The translations under genes were made by a program, and so were the position numbers. Shown here piece after piece: positions 28,676 through 40,200 of a stretch of DNA of 64,000 nucleotides. The notes beneath the pieces were generated by a model. That model searched no databases, was not told where the DNA came from, and was given only the letters and a program-made list of their open reading frames with translations. This stretch comes from Halarcobacter sp. Its GTDB lineage: Bacteria; Campylobacterota; Campylobacteria; Campylobacterales; Arcobacteraceae. The stretch covers positions 3,360,001-3,424,000 of the forward strand of contig CP182352.1 of assembly GCA_048571215.1 (NCBI GenBank), read 5' to 3'. Each line of letters begins with the position of its first letter. Within the stretch, counting starts at the first letter, position 1.

Positions 28676-30005
28676 GAGACCGTTCAAAAATCTGTGTCAA
28701 GTCACCTAAAGTAACAAATCCATACTTGTTACAACTCTAAATAATTATCCAATCTCCCTTCGAAAAATATAGCAAGTTGGGAGATTGTTAAACTCCAATT
28801 ATGCACTGGCTGAGTCCATTTTACTTTTGCATTTAATATTCCCATATACAACAATTTTAAAAGTGAATTCTCATTAGGGAAAGCTCCTTTTGTTTTGGTT
28901 AATTTTCTAAATTGCCTATGTACAGATTCAATAATATTTGTAGTGTACATAATCTTTCTTATCTCTTTTGGATATTTAAAATAATAAGATAAATTCTCCC
29001 ATTTATTTTGCCAAGATTGAAGTACTATGGGATATCTTTTCCCCCATTTTTCATCTAGTTTTAAAAGCTCATCTTCTGCAAGTTCTTTTGTTGTTGCTTG
29101 ATAAACAAGTTTTAAATCTCTCATAAACTCTTTTTGGTCTTTAGAAGCTACATACTTCAATGAATTACGAATTTGATGTACAACACAAAGTTGTACTTCG
29201 GTATTTGGATATATTGTTTTAATAGCTTCAGGAAAGCCTTTAAGACCATCTACTGATGCAATTAGTATATCTTCTAATCCTCTATTATTTAAATCAGTAA
29301 GAACACTAAGCCAGAAGTTTGCTCCTTCACTTTGGGATAAATATAATCCTAATATATCTTTTTTACCATCAATTCCCATCCCTAAAACTGTGTAAACTGC
29401 TTTACTCACATACTTCCCACCATCTTTTATTTTATAATGTATCGCATCAAGCCATACAAATGGATAAATAGCTTCTAAAGGTCTACTTTGCCAAGCTTTT
29501 ACCTTATCTATAATTTTATCTGTAATAGTGCTTATTGTTGCACTTGATAATTGTATTTGATATATCTCTTCAATATGTTTTATAATATCTCTATAGCTTA
29601 ATCCTAAGCCATACATAGATAATATCTTTTCTTCTATTTCATTAGACATTGTTGTTTGGTTTTTCTTTACAAGTTGTGGTTCAAAAGAACCTGTTCTATC
29701 TCTTGGAGTATTCAATTCAAAGGAACCACTTGTTGATTTTATTGTTTTAGAGCTTTTACCATTCTTTCTATTTTTATTTCCTGCAAATACATCTTGAGTT
29801 ATATGAGAATCTAATTCTGCTTCTAAAGCAGCTTCAACTAATTGTTTTACTAATGGAGCAAGTACTCCATCTTTACCATTGATATTTTTACCTGCAAGTA
29901 AATCTTGTACAGCTTCATTAAAATCAAATTGTTTTTTCTTTTCCATCTATATCAATCCTTATAATATTTATTATATCAGACTGACACAGATTTTCTAACA
30001 CTCCC
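28676..30005 (-). mobile_element. IS256-family element with 8-bp TSD TTTCCTTT
   Basis: IRs GAGACCGTTCAAAAATCTGTGTCA / GGGAGTGTTAGAAAATCTGTGTCA; TSD at 28668-28675 and 30006-30013. Confidence 0.95.
28729..29946 (-). CDS. IS256-family (Mutator-type) transposase
   Basis: PRDRTGSFEP, WLDAIH, VDGLKGF, QLCVVHQIRN, YTTNIIES. Confidence 0.95.
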   Translation of the reverse strand: MEKKKQFDFNEAVQDLLAGKNINGKDGVLAPLVKQLVEAALEAELDSHITQDVFAGNKNRKNGKSSKTIKSTSGSFELNTPRDRTGSFEPQLVKKNQTTMSNEIEEKILSMYGLGLSYRDIIKHIEEIYQIQLSSATISTITDKIIDKVKAWQSRPLEAIYPFVWLDAIHYKIKDGGKYVSKAVYTVLGMGIDGKKDILGLYLSQSEGANFWLSVLTDLNNRGLEDILIASVDGLKGFPEAIKTIYPNTEVQLCVVHQIRNSLKYVASKDQKEFMRDLKLVYQATTKELAEDELLKLDEKWGKRYPIVLQSWQNKWENLSYYFKYPKEIRKIMYTTNIIESVHRQFRKLTKTKGAFPNENSLLKLLYMGILNAKVKWTQPVHNWSLTISQLAIFFEGRLDNYLEL

Positions 30006-30108
30006 TTTCCTTTAATAAATATCATTTATTAGGAAGAACAATGATTTTACTATCTTCGTTTGATTATCAATGCATAAAATAAATATTGATAATAAAAACA
30101 ATCTTAAT

Positions 30109-32264
30109 TTAAATTTTCAACCTATAAACTTTTGCAATAGGAGTCATAATAACTGGTTCAAAAAGTTTTTTATCGTAGTTCTCTAATACAAAGTGTTGAA
30201 TTAACATAGAATTATAGACTTTTTCTTCTACCACTAAATACTTTCTATAACTAGACATATAAATAACTGAATATTTTCCGGTAGGGTATATATTAGAAAT
30301 ATGTTTTTTAAACTCTTTTTCTTTTGTGTATGCTGTTGTGATAAATCTTTTTATAGGGAAAGTATATTTCCCTACTTGAAGTAAGGCTTTATTTTTTATA
30401 ATTTTTACATTATTTCCTAAATCTATAGATATATTGTTTTCTGCAAAATCTACTGATTCAAAGAAGAAACTAGATTTTCTTTTTTCTCCAGTCATCAAAT
30501 CTAAATTTGAAAATAACTCTATAGTTGAATATAAACTTAACATTTTATAAGGATAGTAAAAATAAATTTCTCTTGTCTTTTTTGGTAAGTTTATTTTTGA
30601 ATTAAGTGAATCTAAAAAATCATTTGTATTTTTAAACTTATAGTCTTTTGTCATCATGGCTATATTAGGTATAACACCTTCTCTATCCTCTCTAAAGTTT
30701 GTAACATCTATAGGCATTGTTCTAAAAGCTTTTTCTGTATATTCTACATCTAGTCTTGCAAGTTTCGAAGATATATTTTGCTTATTCATAAGCATAAAAC
30801 TTACTGGAAAGCTAACACTGCCTCCATGTTTACCATGATCTGTTAATACTTTTGTATCACTATAATATCTAATAGGACAACCAAAATCCCACCAAGAAAC
30901 TACATAATCTTCTCTTGAAGCAATATTTTTTAGTTTATCTAAAACCTCTGCTTCACTATTACTAACTTCACTAGGTACTTTATATTTAACTATATGATTT
31001 AGATTGGGATATAAAGATAAAGATGTAAAGATAATTAACATTGAATAAAAAAATATTTTAGAGTCTTTTTTTATCCTCACTGTGATAAATTTAGAGAATT
31101 CATAAATAAAATATCCTAAACCCAAAGCAAAAATAGGTACAGCATATATGGAAAACCTTAATCCTCCTGATGGTATCAAATATGGGATACCATAAGCTAA
31201 CATACCTAATCCCATCAAAGGAAGAATTAAAAACATTATTCTATATCTATATATTAAAAATATCAAACCTAAAGTGGCAAATAAAAAGGAGATAAAATGC
31301 CCACTTACTCTTCTTGTAAACTCTAAAAAGCCAATATGACTTGTCTCTTTTATAGTTTGCATAGTAGTATAAAAATGAAGTTTTAACTCTTTTCCTAATT
31401 CTAAAATATGTTTTTGAAAAAGATAGTTTTCTAGTTTTTCCCAGATTGGAGTAATCCCTCCAGTAAAAACAAAGATTATACAAACTATAAAGAAAATATA
31501 AAATAGATAGTTTTTAAATATCTGTTTTTTTAGACTCAAATATAATCCTAATAAAACAATTACTTTTAATAAGGCATTTGCATATATCATAGAAAAAAGC
31601 ATTATGATAATAAGTTTTAACTCATATTTATAGTTTTGTTTTTTTACAAACAAATAAATTGTGTAACAAAATATTAAAAGAAAAAAAGCAAACTCTAGGG
31701 CATAACTTTGTGGATACCACCAACGATATGCAATAATCTCAAGACCAGTAAATAGTAGATATTTATCTTCTTTTGTTTTAAAGCTAAAACTAAAGACCAC
31801 AAAAGAAAAGTGGGAAAAACAATATTTAACATATCCGTATCATAGTATCCCACCATAGTACGATTGTAATAGCTCCATGATATAGAAGCTAATAAGGCAG
31901 ATATAAATCCAAACTCTATTTTATTAAAATTTTTTGCTAATAAAATCAAAGGGATAACTATAAGTGATGAGAAAAATATAGGCATATAAAAAATAATTGA
32001 TTCAAATGAAAAAGGTAAAATTTGAACTAAAAAAGCAGTTATTTTTGAAAGAGCGCTATATACAGGAGACAAATCATACTCTTGATGAAAACCATTTAAT
32101 ATATCTCTGGCTCCTTCTGCATAAAAGAATCCATCATTTGAGTTTATTATAAACTCATTGTTGAATTTAAAGTTTTCATTTGATGAAAACTCATATACCC
32201 AAAAAAGTCTAGTAATAACAGAGAATAAAAATGCAATTGTAATCAATAATAAAGTTTTTTTCAT
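30109..32264 (-). pseudogene. pglB: STT3/PglB oligosaccharyltransferase split by one frameshift near 31776-31780
   Basis: NDGFFYAEGARD and RTMVGYYDTDML in ORF 31695..32264; WWYPQSY, WWDFG, DHGKH in ORF 30109..31800. Confidence 0.85.
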
Positions 32265-32266
32265 AG

Positions 32267-33529
32267 TTAATCTTTTATAAATAAAAATAGAGCTTTTGAT
32301 TTGATGATAAACATCTTTTTAGTATCTTTTAAAAATAAATCAAATAAGTAATATACAAAAATATATGTTATCAAACTAGCATATGCAGCACCTGATATTC
32401 CAAATTTTTTTATAAATATAAAATTTAATCCTATGTTTATAATAACACCTATTAGATTTCTATAAAGCTCAAGATTTGTTTTATTTTCTATTACTAACCA
32501 TTTACTACTAACTAGTCCCATATATACAAAAACTGTTGAAAATATATGTATAACTAAAATTTGTGAAGAGGATAAAAAATTTTCACCATAAAGAGATACT
32601 ATAATAAAATCAGACAAAAAATAAACACTTCCAATAAGTAAATATGCACAAAAAATCAAAAAAACTAAAAGCTGTTGTATCTTTTTATAATATAAAGATA
32701 TAGATTTATCTTTTGATTTTATAATCAAAGGGAAAAAAGAGGAGCAAACCAAACCTCCTATTATAAACCAAATCTCACTTAATCTAACAGCAGCAGAGTA
32801 ATAACCACTTTGAGCAACATCTAAAATCTCTTTTATCATAACTTGATCAATTTTTGCATATATAGTTGTAAGAACTCCTGCAAAAATCAGAGGATAGGAG
32901 TGTTTTAGTAAACTCTTTATTAAAGAATTATCAACTTTCCAAGAAAAAACACTAAACTTATTTTGAAAATAAAAAAACAATAATCCTAAAGCTACGATAA
33001 CACTTTCTATTAGTATTACCCAAGCAAAATAGATTAGAGGATAACTATAAACTATCAGATAAATTTTAAGTGATGAAGAAACAAGAAGAGCAATAAGTTT
33101 TGAAAAAACTACATATTTACTTAAAACTTTACTTTGAAAATAAAAATCTATTACATTGAAACTATGAAAAATAAAAGAGAATGAGATAACTATAAGAAGT
33201 AAATTTATAGGATATTCATTATCAATTAGATTAATATATATAAAAATAAAAAATATAACAACTATAGAGCTTAGAAATTTCAATACAAAAGCAGTACCCA
33301 AAAGTTCATTGACTCTTTTTTGATTTTTTACTAGTTCTTTTATAACAATAGAATCAAGTCCTAATGTTGTAAAAACAACTACTATAGAGATAATACTTTC
33401 TACAAAACTAAACTTTCCAAAATCATTTGGACCTAAATATCTTGCCATCCAAGAAAAAACAAAAACCCATAAAATCATTCGAACTATTTTTTCAAAAACA
33501 AGATAAGTGGTATTTTTAATATATTCCAA
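32267..33529 (-). CDS. Wzx-type flippase
   Basis: ARYLGPNDFG, KIDQVMI, GYYSAAVRLSE, multi-TM. Confidence 0.85.
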   Translation of the reverse strand: MEYIKNTTYLVFEKIVRMILWVFVFSWMARYLGPNDFGKFSFVESIISIVVVFTTLGLDSIVIKELVKNQKRVNELLGTAFVLKFLSSIVVIFFIFIYINLIDNEYPINLLLIVISFSFIFHSFNVIDFYFQSKVLSKYVVFSKLIALLVSSSLKIYLIVYSYPLIYFAWVILIESVIVALGLLFFYFQNKFSVFSWKVDNSLIKSLLKHSYPLIFAGVLTTIYAKIDQVMIKEILDVAQSGYYSAAVRLSEIWFIIGGLVCSSFFPLIIKSKDKSISLYYKKIQQLLVFLIFCAYLLIGSVYFLSDFIIVSLYGENFLSSSQILVIHIFSTVFVYMGLVSSKWLVIENKTNLELYRNLIGVIINIGLNFIFIKKFGISGAAYASLITYIFVYYLFDLFLKDTKKMFIIKSKALFLFIKD

Positions 33530-33531
33530 AA

Positions 33532-34143
33532 CTAATATACCCCTTTTTTCTGAAAAAGAATTAGAAAAGTTTTAAAAATGATTTTTATATCATTTAAAAG
33601 AGATTTATTATTTATATATTTTATATCTAATGCTATTCTTTGTTTTAAATCTAAATGATTTCTTCCACTAACTTGCCAAAGACCTGTAAGACCAGGTTTT
33701 ACTGAGCATAATTGTTTATATTCATTTTCAAAATGACATATCTCCTCTTCTAAGAATGGTCTAGGTCCTACAAAGGTCATATCTCCTTTAATAATATTAA
33801 AAAACTGAGGAAGTTCATCAAGACTTGTTTTTCTAAGAAAGAAGCCTAATTTACCCATAACTCTAGGATCATTTTTTAATTTACATGTTTTAGCGTACTC
33901 TTCTTTTAGATTTGGATTATTCTTAAGAATATTTGCCAATTCTTTTTCTGCATTTTTAGTCATAGTTCTAAACTTATATATTGTAAAAAGTTTTTTATCT
34001 TTGCCTACTCTTTTTTGTTTAAATATAATCTTCCCCTCTTTAAAAAAAGATTTGATTAATAAAACAATTACTAATATAAAAGGAGATAGAATTATTAAAA
34101 TTAATATTGATAGAATAATCTCTAAAAATCTTTTAAAGTACAT
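33532..34143 (-). CDS. Undecaprenyl-phosphate sugar phosphotransferase (bacterial sugar transferase family)
   Basis: YKFRTM, DPRV, LRKTSLDELPQ, VGPRP, KPGLTGLWQV. Confidence 0.9.
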   Translation of the reverse strand: MYFKRFLEIILSILILIILSPFILVIVLLIKSFFKEGKIIFKQKRVGKDKKLFTIYKFRTMTKNAEKELANILKNNPNLKEEYAKTCKLKNDPRVMGKLGFFLRKTSLDELPQFFNIIKGDMTFVGPRPFLEEEICHFENEYKQLCSVKPGLTGLWQVSGRNHLDLKQRIALDIKYINNKSLLNDIKIIFKTFLILFQKKGVY

Positions 34144-35264
34144 TTTTCTGTTCTTTTTTTAAATTCATTATATTTGTTAAAAACAAACTCTTTTATCTCT
34201 TTTTCAAATCTTTCTTTTGAAAACTGTAAGGTGTGTTTTCTTATTTTTGAAGGGATAAAACTGCTTATGTTTTTTTCAAATTTTTCAATTGCATTTAAAA
34301 TACTTTTTGTATTTTGTTCCTGAAAATATACACCTGTTACACCATCTATAACGGTTTCTCTTGTACCACCTTGATTTAGACAAATTACAGGTGTCCCACA
34401 AGCTTGCGCTTCAACTGGCAATATTCCAAAATCTTCAATTGCTGCATATACAAAGGCTTTTGCTTTTTGTAGCATTTTTATTAATACTTCATCTTCTTGA
34501 AAGCCTAATATCTTCATATTTGAACTAGCTTTTGCTTTTATTTTCAAAAGATCTGGACCATCGCCTATCACATACAAGATTTTATTTGTTTTAGAAAAAG
34601 CTTCAACTATCAAATCTATTTTTTTATATGAAACCATCCTTCCAGCAGTGATATAAAAATCTTCTTTATTTTCATCTAATTGAAATTTATTTATATCAAC
34701 AGGGGGATAGATAACTATTGAATCTCTATTATAAATTTTTTTTACTCTATTTGCCACAAAATTAGAGTTTGCAATAAAGTAATCCACTCTATTTATAGTT
34801 TCCAAATCCCAAATCTTAATTTTCTTTAAAATATATTGGACCAATCTTCCTTTAATACCTTTTTTTAGATTATTATCTTCTAAATATTGTTCAGATAAAT
34901 CCCAAGCATATCTCATAGGTGTATGTATATAACAAATATGAAGTTGATTATGATTTGTGATAACACCTTTCGCTACTGCATGTGAACTAGATAAGACTAA
35001 ATCATATTTATTTATATCTAACTGCTCTATAGCAAAGGGATAAAAAGGTAATAAATATCTATAATATTTTTTGGCTAAAGGAAAGTATTGTAAAAAAGAG
35101 GTTTTTGTTTTTTTATTATTTAAAATATCTTTTCTATCATCTTCTTTGAAGTAATCAAATAGAGTATAAATATCAGCATGTGTAAAAATATTATTAAAAC
35201 TTTTTACACACTTTTCAGCCCCAGCTGATGTGATAAACCAATCATGTACAAATACAATTTTCAT
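34122..35264 (-). CDS. GT4 glycosyltransferase (WbaZ-like)
   Basis: VHDWF...GAEK, HTPMRYAWD, EDFGILPVEAQACG. Confidence 0.85.
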   Translation of the reverse strand: MKIVFVHDWFITSAGAEKCVKSFNNIFTHADIYTLFDYFKEDDRKDILNNKKTKTSFLQYFPLAKKYYRYLLPFYPFAIEQLDINKYDLVLSSSHAVAKGVITNHNQLHICYIHTPMRYAWDLSEQYLEDNNLKKGIKGRLVQYILKKIKIWDLETINRVDYFIANSNFVANRVKKIYNRDSIVIYPPVDINKFQLDENKEDFYITAGRMVSYKKIDLIVEAFSKTNKILYVIGDGPDLLKIKAKASSNMKILGFQEDEVLIKMLQKAKAFVYAAIEDFGILPVEAQACGTPVICLNQGGTRETVIDGVTGVYFQEQNTKSILNAIEKFEKNISSFIPSKIRKHTLQFSKERFEKEIKEFVFNKYNEFKKRTEKCTLKDF

Positions 35265-35458
35265 AAACTTCCTATAGATATTATAAATAACATTATAATA
35301 TATCATATGTTGAGTAAAATTATGGTTTTAGTGTGTAGCTTAGTGTAATCTCTTTTCATAATTTAAGATTTTTTATTGAAATTTATTATGTTATGTTGTT
35401 AGTTAGAAATTTTAAAATTGAAAAGTTTTTTAAGATGGCACTGACCCCCTAAATTCAG

Positions 35459-35612
35459 TTCCAAAGCTAATAATAACAAACTATTGTTATTATTTTAACG
35501 CTTTTCACATAAATTATCTCTTTAATTATATTTTATCTAAGTTCTTCTCAAAAGTGGAGATTCATTCACTGGGTGTTACTGTATTAATTATGTAAACTGT
35601 CCCCGGAATTTT
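35459..35612. repeat. ~150 bp direct repeat, copy 1
   Basis: TTCCAAAGCTAATAATAACAAACTATTGTTATTAT...AAACTGTCCCCGGAATTTT also at 36656-36809. Confidence 0.9.
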
Positions 35613-35704
35613 TTATTTTATTTGAAATTTAATTGTGCCCGTCCCCTTTTCTCAGCTGGAACGAGAGAACTTGATTATGTTATTGTTATCACCTGACGCT
35701 TATT

Positions 35705-36352
35705 TTATTTTTGTTCTGATAAATCTCTTATTACTGACTTTAATGTACTTTGAGTTGCTATCGTTTTCTCATTTTTTAACGCTCTTTTCAAAATAGTTAG
35801 AACCTTTTGTTTATTTTTATTATCTACTAGAAAATATAAAAGATTAGCAGTTGCGGATCTTACTTGATACTCATCACACTCAAGAAAAGAAATAAAATCA
35901 TTAAAATATACTTTCTTTTTAAATCTGAGTAATGAATATAAGATTCTTAATTTTTCAGTATTTGTTGTATTTTTTTTCTTAAGTTTTTTTAGTAACAATG
36001 GTAAATACTTTTTTGCTTTTAAATTACCTATAGATTCATAAACGTATGCACGTACAAGGGTGTCCTCATCTTCTAATAAGTGTAATATATATTTTAAATA
36101 AGCTTTATTTTTGCTAGCACTAACAAGTTCAATAATAGAAATTTTAGTTAAATCATCTCCTTTTCTTAAAGATTCTTTTATTAATCTTTCTATGTTAAAT
36201 GACATTAGGGAAGTTATAGCATCAATACTATCTGCTCTTATTAGTATTTCATTACTACTTGTAAACTTTATTAATTTATCACGTAACTCCAATAGTTTAA
36301 TTAAGGTTTTTTCTATTTCTAATAATTTATTATTCAATTTTTTATTTTTCAA
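35705..36352 (-). CDS. HEAT-repeat protein, probable immunity protein
   Basis: LLEDEDTLVRAYVYESIG and ECDEYQVRSATA HEAT motifs; follows the orphan toxin tip. Confidence 0.65.
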   Translation of the reverse strand: MKNKKLNNKLLEIEKTLIKLLELRDKLIKFTSSNEILIRADSIDAITSLMSFNIERLIKESLRKGDDLTKISIIELVSASKNKAYLKYILHLLEDEDTLVRAYVYESIGNLKAKKYLPLLLKKLKKKNTTNTEKLRILYSLLRFKKKVYFNDFISFLECDEYQVRSATANLLYFLVDNKNKQKVLTILKRALKNEKTIATQSTLKSVIRDLSEQK

Positions 36353-36370
36353 AATCTTTTTCCTACAAAA

Positions 36371-36640
36371 TTATTTTTTTGCGCTACTATGTCTGTCTTG
36401 TAAAGCCTTTTGATGTTTTTTTATTCTTTGTTTCATCTTTTTAGATACATTAGGGTCTCTATACATCCTATCTAATTCTTCTTTACTATATCCTTCTAAC
36501 TCAGTGTCCCTAATATTTTGTTTACCACCTTTAGCATTATAAACATTAGGTAATTCACAATAAGAACCATTATTGGGCTTATAAACATTTTTATTCCATA
36601 AATAAGCAGAAAGAACTGCCCAGCCTTCAGTGGTGCTAAA
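36371..36640 (-). pseudogene. Orphan polymorphic-toxin C-terminal fragment
   Basis: AKGGKQNIRD...KKHQKALQDRHS basic helical tip with no clear start, between repeat copy 2 and the HEAT gene. Confidence 0.55.
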
Positions 36641-36655
36641 GCACATCACTTTTAA

Positions 36656-36809
36656 TTCCAAAGCTAATAATAACAAACTATTGTTATTATCTTAACGCTT
36701 TTCACATAAATTATCTCTTTGATTATATTTTATTTAAAAAGTGGAGATTCATTCTCAGGGGTGTTATTGGTGTTACTGTATTAATTATGTAAACTGTCCC
36801 CGGAATTTT
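36656..36809. repeat. ~150 bp direct repeat, copy 2
   Basis: Matches 35459-35612 with small indels. Confidence 0.9.
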
Positions 36810-36817
36810 AATTTTAG

Positions 36818-37201
36818 CTATCCTTCAGAACTAATTATGAAATTTGCATCTTCATAAAGATTATATTCATCAAAATCAATATAGTTATGAGCTGGAGAAA
36901 ATGATATAGATAAAAAATATTCAATAATTTCTCTCCATAAATTAGCATCCAAGTTTATTGATACATTTAAACCCTCAATTTTATTCAAAATATTAGCATT
37001 ATTATTTGAACATAATAAGATATTCAATTCTTTAGTATCAATGTAATTAAGATTACTTAATTGAATTAAATTACCATTTTGTTCACCCAAAAAATATAAA
37101 TCTTTTATTAGTTTAATATAATCGTAAGGTTTTCCTCTCCATATAAAACTGGGAGGAGGTTCGCCATACGCATATTCATCAGTAAGTTCTATTGTTATCA
37201 T
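36818..37201 (-). CDS. Probable cognate immunity protein
   Basis: Small acidic ORF starting immediately after the RHS stop. Confidence 0.7.
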   Translation of the reverse strand: MITIELTDEYAYGEPPPSFIWRGKPYDYIKLIKDLYFLGEQNGNLIQLSNLNYIDTKELNILLCSNNNANILNKIEGLNVSINLDANLWREIIEYFLSISFSPAHNYIDFDEYNLYEDANFIISSEG

Positions 37202-40200
37202 TTATATCCATCCCATATTTAAATTATTCAAATAAATATTTTCCCATTTACTTTTACCATTATTCCCTCCTGGTTTATTATCCCAATGCCCTTTAGGATG
37301 ATATTTATCAGGTAAATGTGGTCTCCATTCTCCATTAGTATCATCATAGAGACTTTTTTCTCCTCTATTTTTAGGTTTGTTTTTTGAAGGATTACCTTCT
37401 TTACATTCACCATTAACTGGTGGCTTTGGCCAAGTAGAAGTGTCTGATAAATCAATACCTTCTCCTGACTCTATATCGCCAATTTGTATTATAGGATTAA
37501 TTGGCATTTTAGGAATAGTTATAGGTCTAGGTATAATCATTGGCCTAGTAATAACAAATGCATTTAACCCTTCAGGATCAATCCCATTAATAGGATCACC
37601 CAACACATACCCATAAAGATTAGTATCCCCACCACTAAAATCAATAGGATCCTTAGCAGTCCATTTCCCTGTGTAACTATCATAATCCCTATACCCAAAT
37701 CTAGTTAAACCAGTATCTGAATCATAAAGCCCACCTGCAAACCCAAATGGTACTTTAAAATCTGGATTTGAATCTTCTAGTATATTACCAAAGCTATCAT
37801 AAATTATCTCTTTGATTATATCATGATTAGAGTCAGATACTGCCCTTAAGCTTCCAACTTGGTCATAGTGTAAATAATATTTATTTGAACCTTGTGTCAT
37901 AGATATAGGCATTCTACTATTTGCGTATTCAAATCTTTGGACTAAATTATCATTTCCATCATATATAGCTAAAAGAGTTGTTAAATCAGCCCATAGGTAT
38001 TTTTCTACAACAACTCCATTTACAAGTTTTGCAACTCTTTGATTATTAGCATTATGTTTATAAGTAATAGTTTTAGAAGGTGTTTTTACCTCTTTTAACT
38101 CTCCCAAAGTAGAATAACTATAAGTAGTAGTTCCATTTGGCGTTACCTTTGAAGATAAATATCCATCTTCATCATAGGTATAAGTGTTATCTCCATATAC
38201 TTCTACTTGGTCATCTAAGGTATAGTATCCTGATGTTGTAACACCATTTACAGTTGCAGAGGTTCTATTTTCATTGTTATCATATGAATAAGTTTCTACT
38301 ATATTTCCATCTTTTTTTACTTCTATTAATCTTGCATTATCATCATAGGTATAGTCATATGTTTTTGTAGTATTGTTTACAGTTTCTTGTTTTTGTAAGA
38401 TTAAAGCTGAATTATCTTTTGAAATAATTTCATAACTAAAGCTATTATCTGCTACTTTTGTTAACTCTCCATAGTTATCATAACTTAGATTTTGAACAAA
38501 ATTTCCATCTGTAATTTTTGTAACATAGGCATTTTCTGCATCTCTTGTAAGAGTATAATCACCACTTGTTAAAACTAAACCATCATTATCATATGTATAG
38601 TTTTCAGTAATACCTGCATAAGTAAACGATATTGGTAAGAAATCATCATTATAGGTATAACTTAATCCTTCATTTAATACCCCATTATATGTTAATAAGC
38701 TTAATAAGTTTCCATCATAACCATATTCGATTTTTTCACTTCCTTTTGTAATAGTTCCTATTTGATTATTAAAAATATACTCATAGTTTATTGTAGCCTC
38801 AGGAGTTGTTGTAGAATCTAATCTATCATTTACATAGTTATTTACTATTGTTTTTCCACTTGGTCTTGTTATTTGGGTTAGTTTTCTATTTCCATTATAT
38901 TCATATAAAGTTTGTTTATTAAGCGCAGATTTCATAGAGGTTCTTTGACCTATATTATCATATGTAAAGTCGTGATTCGTAGAAATAGGAGTTATTAATC
39001 TAGTCATATTACCACTCACATCATAACTATATTCTTCTATTGCACCATTTGGATGAGTAACCCTTGTAACTCTATCTAATATGTCATATTGATATGAAGT
39101 TGTTTTTCCCCTTTCATCAGTGATAGTATCAATATTACCTCTACTATTATAAGTAAAACTTGTGGTTCTGGTACCAGTTGTTTGAGATATAACTCTTCCT
39201 TTATTATCATATGTATAAGTTGTAGGAGTTAAAGTACCTGAGGTTGAGCTTGTTGTAAGTCTTGTATTTATATCATACTCTTCCTTTGCAATTCTTCCTT
39301 CAGGAGTTGTAATAGTATTTATACCATTTTCATAATCATTTTTTATAGTAGTTGCTTTACCATTTGTTGTGATTGTTTGGGTTTTTGATGTTGTTAATCC
39401 ATTTTCATTAGTTTCATAAACTGCGCTATTACTTGTTACTTTACTTAAACTACTTGGAAGTATAGTTGTTACTGAATCAAGTACTCTTTTTTTTGTTTCT
39501 GGATCAGTTTTGTACTTACTTTGAATATTTATATTGTTCTTGATAGCATTTACTAATCTATTATCAGAAGATACTGTAATAGAATTACTATCTCCATTAG
39601 GGAAAACTGTTTCTTGTTTTAAAGAATCATTTTCTAATTTAATTTCTCTATAAAATTTAATATCTCCCTCAGGTTTACCTAAAGCATATTCAATAAATGC
39701 ATCACTTATATTCTTTTGTAAAAACCACTCTTCATTATTTACATCAATTTCCTTAATTATACGACCATTATCATCATATAAATTAAAAGAACTTGCTCCT
39801 GATGGCTCTGTATGTTTTGTAAGTAAAGAGTCATTATTATATTCAAATTGATGACTTGTATTATCTTCATATGTAACAGATAATAAATTTCCATTTGAAT
39901 CTACATTCAAATATGTTTTTTGACCATTTGGTGCAGTTATAATAGTTGGAATACCATTTTCATTTCTTCCTATTAAAATTTCATTATCAAACTGATTCTT
40001 AACACTAATCAACCTTTTATTTTCATCATGGGTAAAGCTTTTTAGAACCTTTTTTGAAAATAAGTCTATAGTTTCGATATGGTTTCCAGCTAAATTAAAC
40101 AACTCTGCTGTATTATTTGAGTTTATATTAATTATTCCATCTTCTATTTCATTATCTGTGAAGAAATTAGAGGTATAAATCCTATATAATTTATCATTTG

